Below, in pieces: positions 61,961 through 64,000 of a stretch of DNA of 64,000 nt (positions within the stretch are counted from its first letter, which is position 1; each line of letters starts with the position of its first letter). The position numbers and the translations under genes are program-made. Under the pieces are notes generated by a model that ran no database searches, was not told the origin of the DNA, and saw nothing but the letters and a program-made list of their open reading frames with translations. This DNA comes from Mytilus californianus (lineage: Eukaryota), in the NCBI RefSeq assembly GCF_021869535.1, contig NW_026262745.1:93930001-93994000 (forward strand), written 5' to 3'.

Positions 61961-64000
61961 AGTGGTCCATAAGTGACTGGTTGTTTGGCAAAATTATTTC
62001 ATACTGGTTTTGACTTTGATATCTTTTTCAATGGTTTATGATTTAACTATTTGATAATTTGGTTTTCATGGTCTAATTTTTGTCTAAAATCTGTTAGTAT
62101 TCATACTTTGATGAGTTGAGCCTTTTTCAGTTAATGTTTTATTGTGTGTCCGTTTATGTTGTATTGTTACACCACTGTTTCAGCTTAGTGTAAAGATTGG
62201 CGCCAGATAAAACGTTCAACCCCGCTGCATTTGTTTGCACCTATCCTAAGTCAGGAACCTGATCTTCAGTGGTTGTCGTTTGTTGATGTGGTTCATAAGT
62301 GTTTCTCGTTTCTCGTTTTTTATATAGATTAGACCGTTGGTTTTCCTGTTTGAATGGCTCCGTGTTAAAGGCTGTACTTTGACCTATAATGGTTTACTTT
62401 AAATTGTGACTTCAATGGTCACGACTAAATACATATTCCAGTACATGCATGCAATTAAATTCGTAGGCAGTCTAACGCATCTTATGGACGTATATTGCAA
62501 AGACTAACTGAAACATCGATGTAGTCCGTGTTTTCACAATGCTTAACTTGATGTCCCAGTCCACTTTAGATAAGCGTTCTACCGATACTAGAAAGTCTGC
62601 TTCATATCTTCATCTGTTTGATTAATGTTGACACATATGGTCGAATTCAAACTAGAATCTTTGACAAATGTGATGATTTCAAACTTTTTTCAATAGTCAA
62701 TTTCCTATTTCTCAGCTGTAACATAACTTCTGCCCATTGTTTGGCGTTTTTATGGCCGTTGAATGTCGGGCAACTTTTTTTTCACATTGCCCAGCCTGAG
62801 GACTTCCGTTGACGATGAGATATGTAACAGGGTCCAATCCAAATTTACTAACCTTCATTCCGGTCAACAACTATTACAATACATACCAATTGCATTTATT
62901 TTTTTTAAGTGGTTCTCGTCCTGAACATGTATGAAATATTTGCCCCTAATGTCAAACAAGCTTCAATTAATCAATTGTCTAAAAAATCTTAAAATACGAG
63001 CTTATTACTGCACATGAAGACATAACCGACTGTTTTTTTTCTCACTTGGCAATGCAATTAAATATCAAATTTCTATGACTATCTACATTTTTTAAACATT
63101 TTGTTTCAAACCAAAGACTTGTATGGTCATGGTTTTTGTCGGAAATTTATGATAACGAGATTGTGGAATACGTTTGCATACCCTCTTACCATGGGATGGA
63201 AGAGGTGGTTTTATACACAAACGAGCCATCATTCTAAAGGCAAATTAATTGTATGTATAGTGTGCAGCTTGCATTTCTGTACAATACAAGAGGTAGACAT
63301 GCTGCTGACATCATTATCTCAATTGAATATGAAAGGAAACGGCGAAATGGCCTTATCAGACTAACATAGGTCACAAAGATTATGTAAAAAGTCATGCACG
63401 TAGGATAAAGTTGAAGATGAAAAACATTTTATATGTCAATGTCCGCTATATAATCTTTTGAGAAATGAGTTATATTATACAATTTCAATAAGTTGTAAAA
63501 AATTCGAAAAGTTTAAACACATGTGCCAAGTTTTAATTGGCTTTTTAATCAAGAAAAACCTAGAGGTATTAGAAATTATTGCAATTTATATTAATAAATG
63601 TTTTGAACTCCGAAAACTATCAATATAGTACAGATATGTTTTTATGTAAGCCTTAAGTATATTTGCCGGTTAATATTACATATAACTGTTATGCTTTTTA
63701 CTTATAAATGTATACTTATATGCTTATGGCTCTGGTATGGCGATGGTTTAGCATTTTATAATTGAGATGATTATATTCATGTTTATACATATGATTTTCA
63801 ATACTATTGTGTCAATTATCTAAATCATTGTAATAAATTATTTTGCTCTTCATGGGTCCTTTAATTGGAATAAAAATATCTCATCTCATCTTATCTTATG
63901 TTATTAGTAAATGTATACTCCATCGGGGGTGAAGTTGGTATATTGCTGCTAAGTTGATGAAGATATATCAATTGGACCAAATCAGAAAAGCTTGGATTGT

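Noticed and set aside
63101-63420. Coding-like GC-richer stretch and 87-aa ORF
   Set aside because: No identifiable domain or consistent splice signals; probably an old TE fragment.

Overview
AT-rich eukaryotic (animal) genomic DNA, most likely a bivalve mollusc such as a mytilid mussel; this is inferred from the gene families and repeat types, not from a database match. Host genes: three spliced, apparently intact HSPA12-type atypical HSP70 paralogues (+ 14440-21245, - 34710-40771, + 47841-56896) that share intron positions and phases, plus a DUF229-type (alkaline phosphatase/sulfatase-fold) gene whose large coding exon is 29348-31292. Introns and intergenic DNA are packed with Penelope-like retroelement (PLE) fragments, tRNA-derived SINEs, Helentron-type non-autonomous elements, TIR MITEs and a decayed hAT transposase. 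Main discovery candidate: several different repeat families carry a circularly permuted (P5-type) twister-ribozyme-like core. It shows compensatory base changes between families in P3, P5 and both pseudoknots. One copy lies in the 3' region of a PLE reverse-transcriptase element, one lies in sense orientation in an HSPA12 intron, and others lie in short non-coding elements. Decayed hammerhead-ribozyme copies sit alongside them. Also notable: a 38-bp minisatellite that appears to have grown out of an HSPA12 exon/intron junction. All ribozyme calls are manual structure matches and have not been tested for activity. Repeat boundaries are approximate unless a TSD is given.
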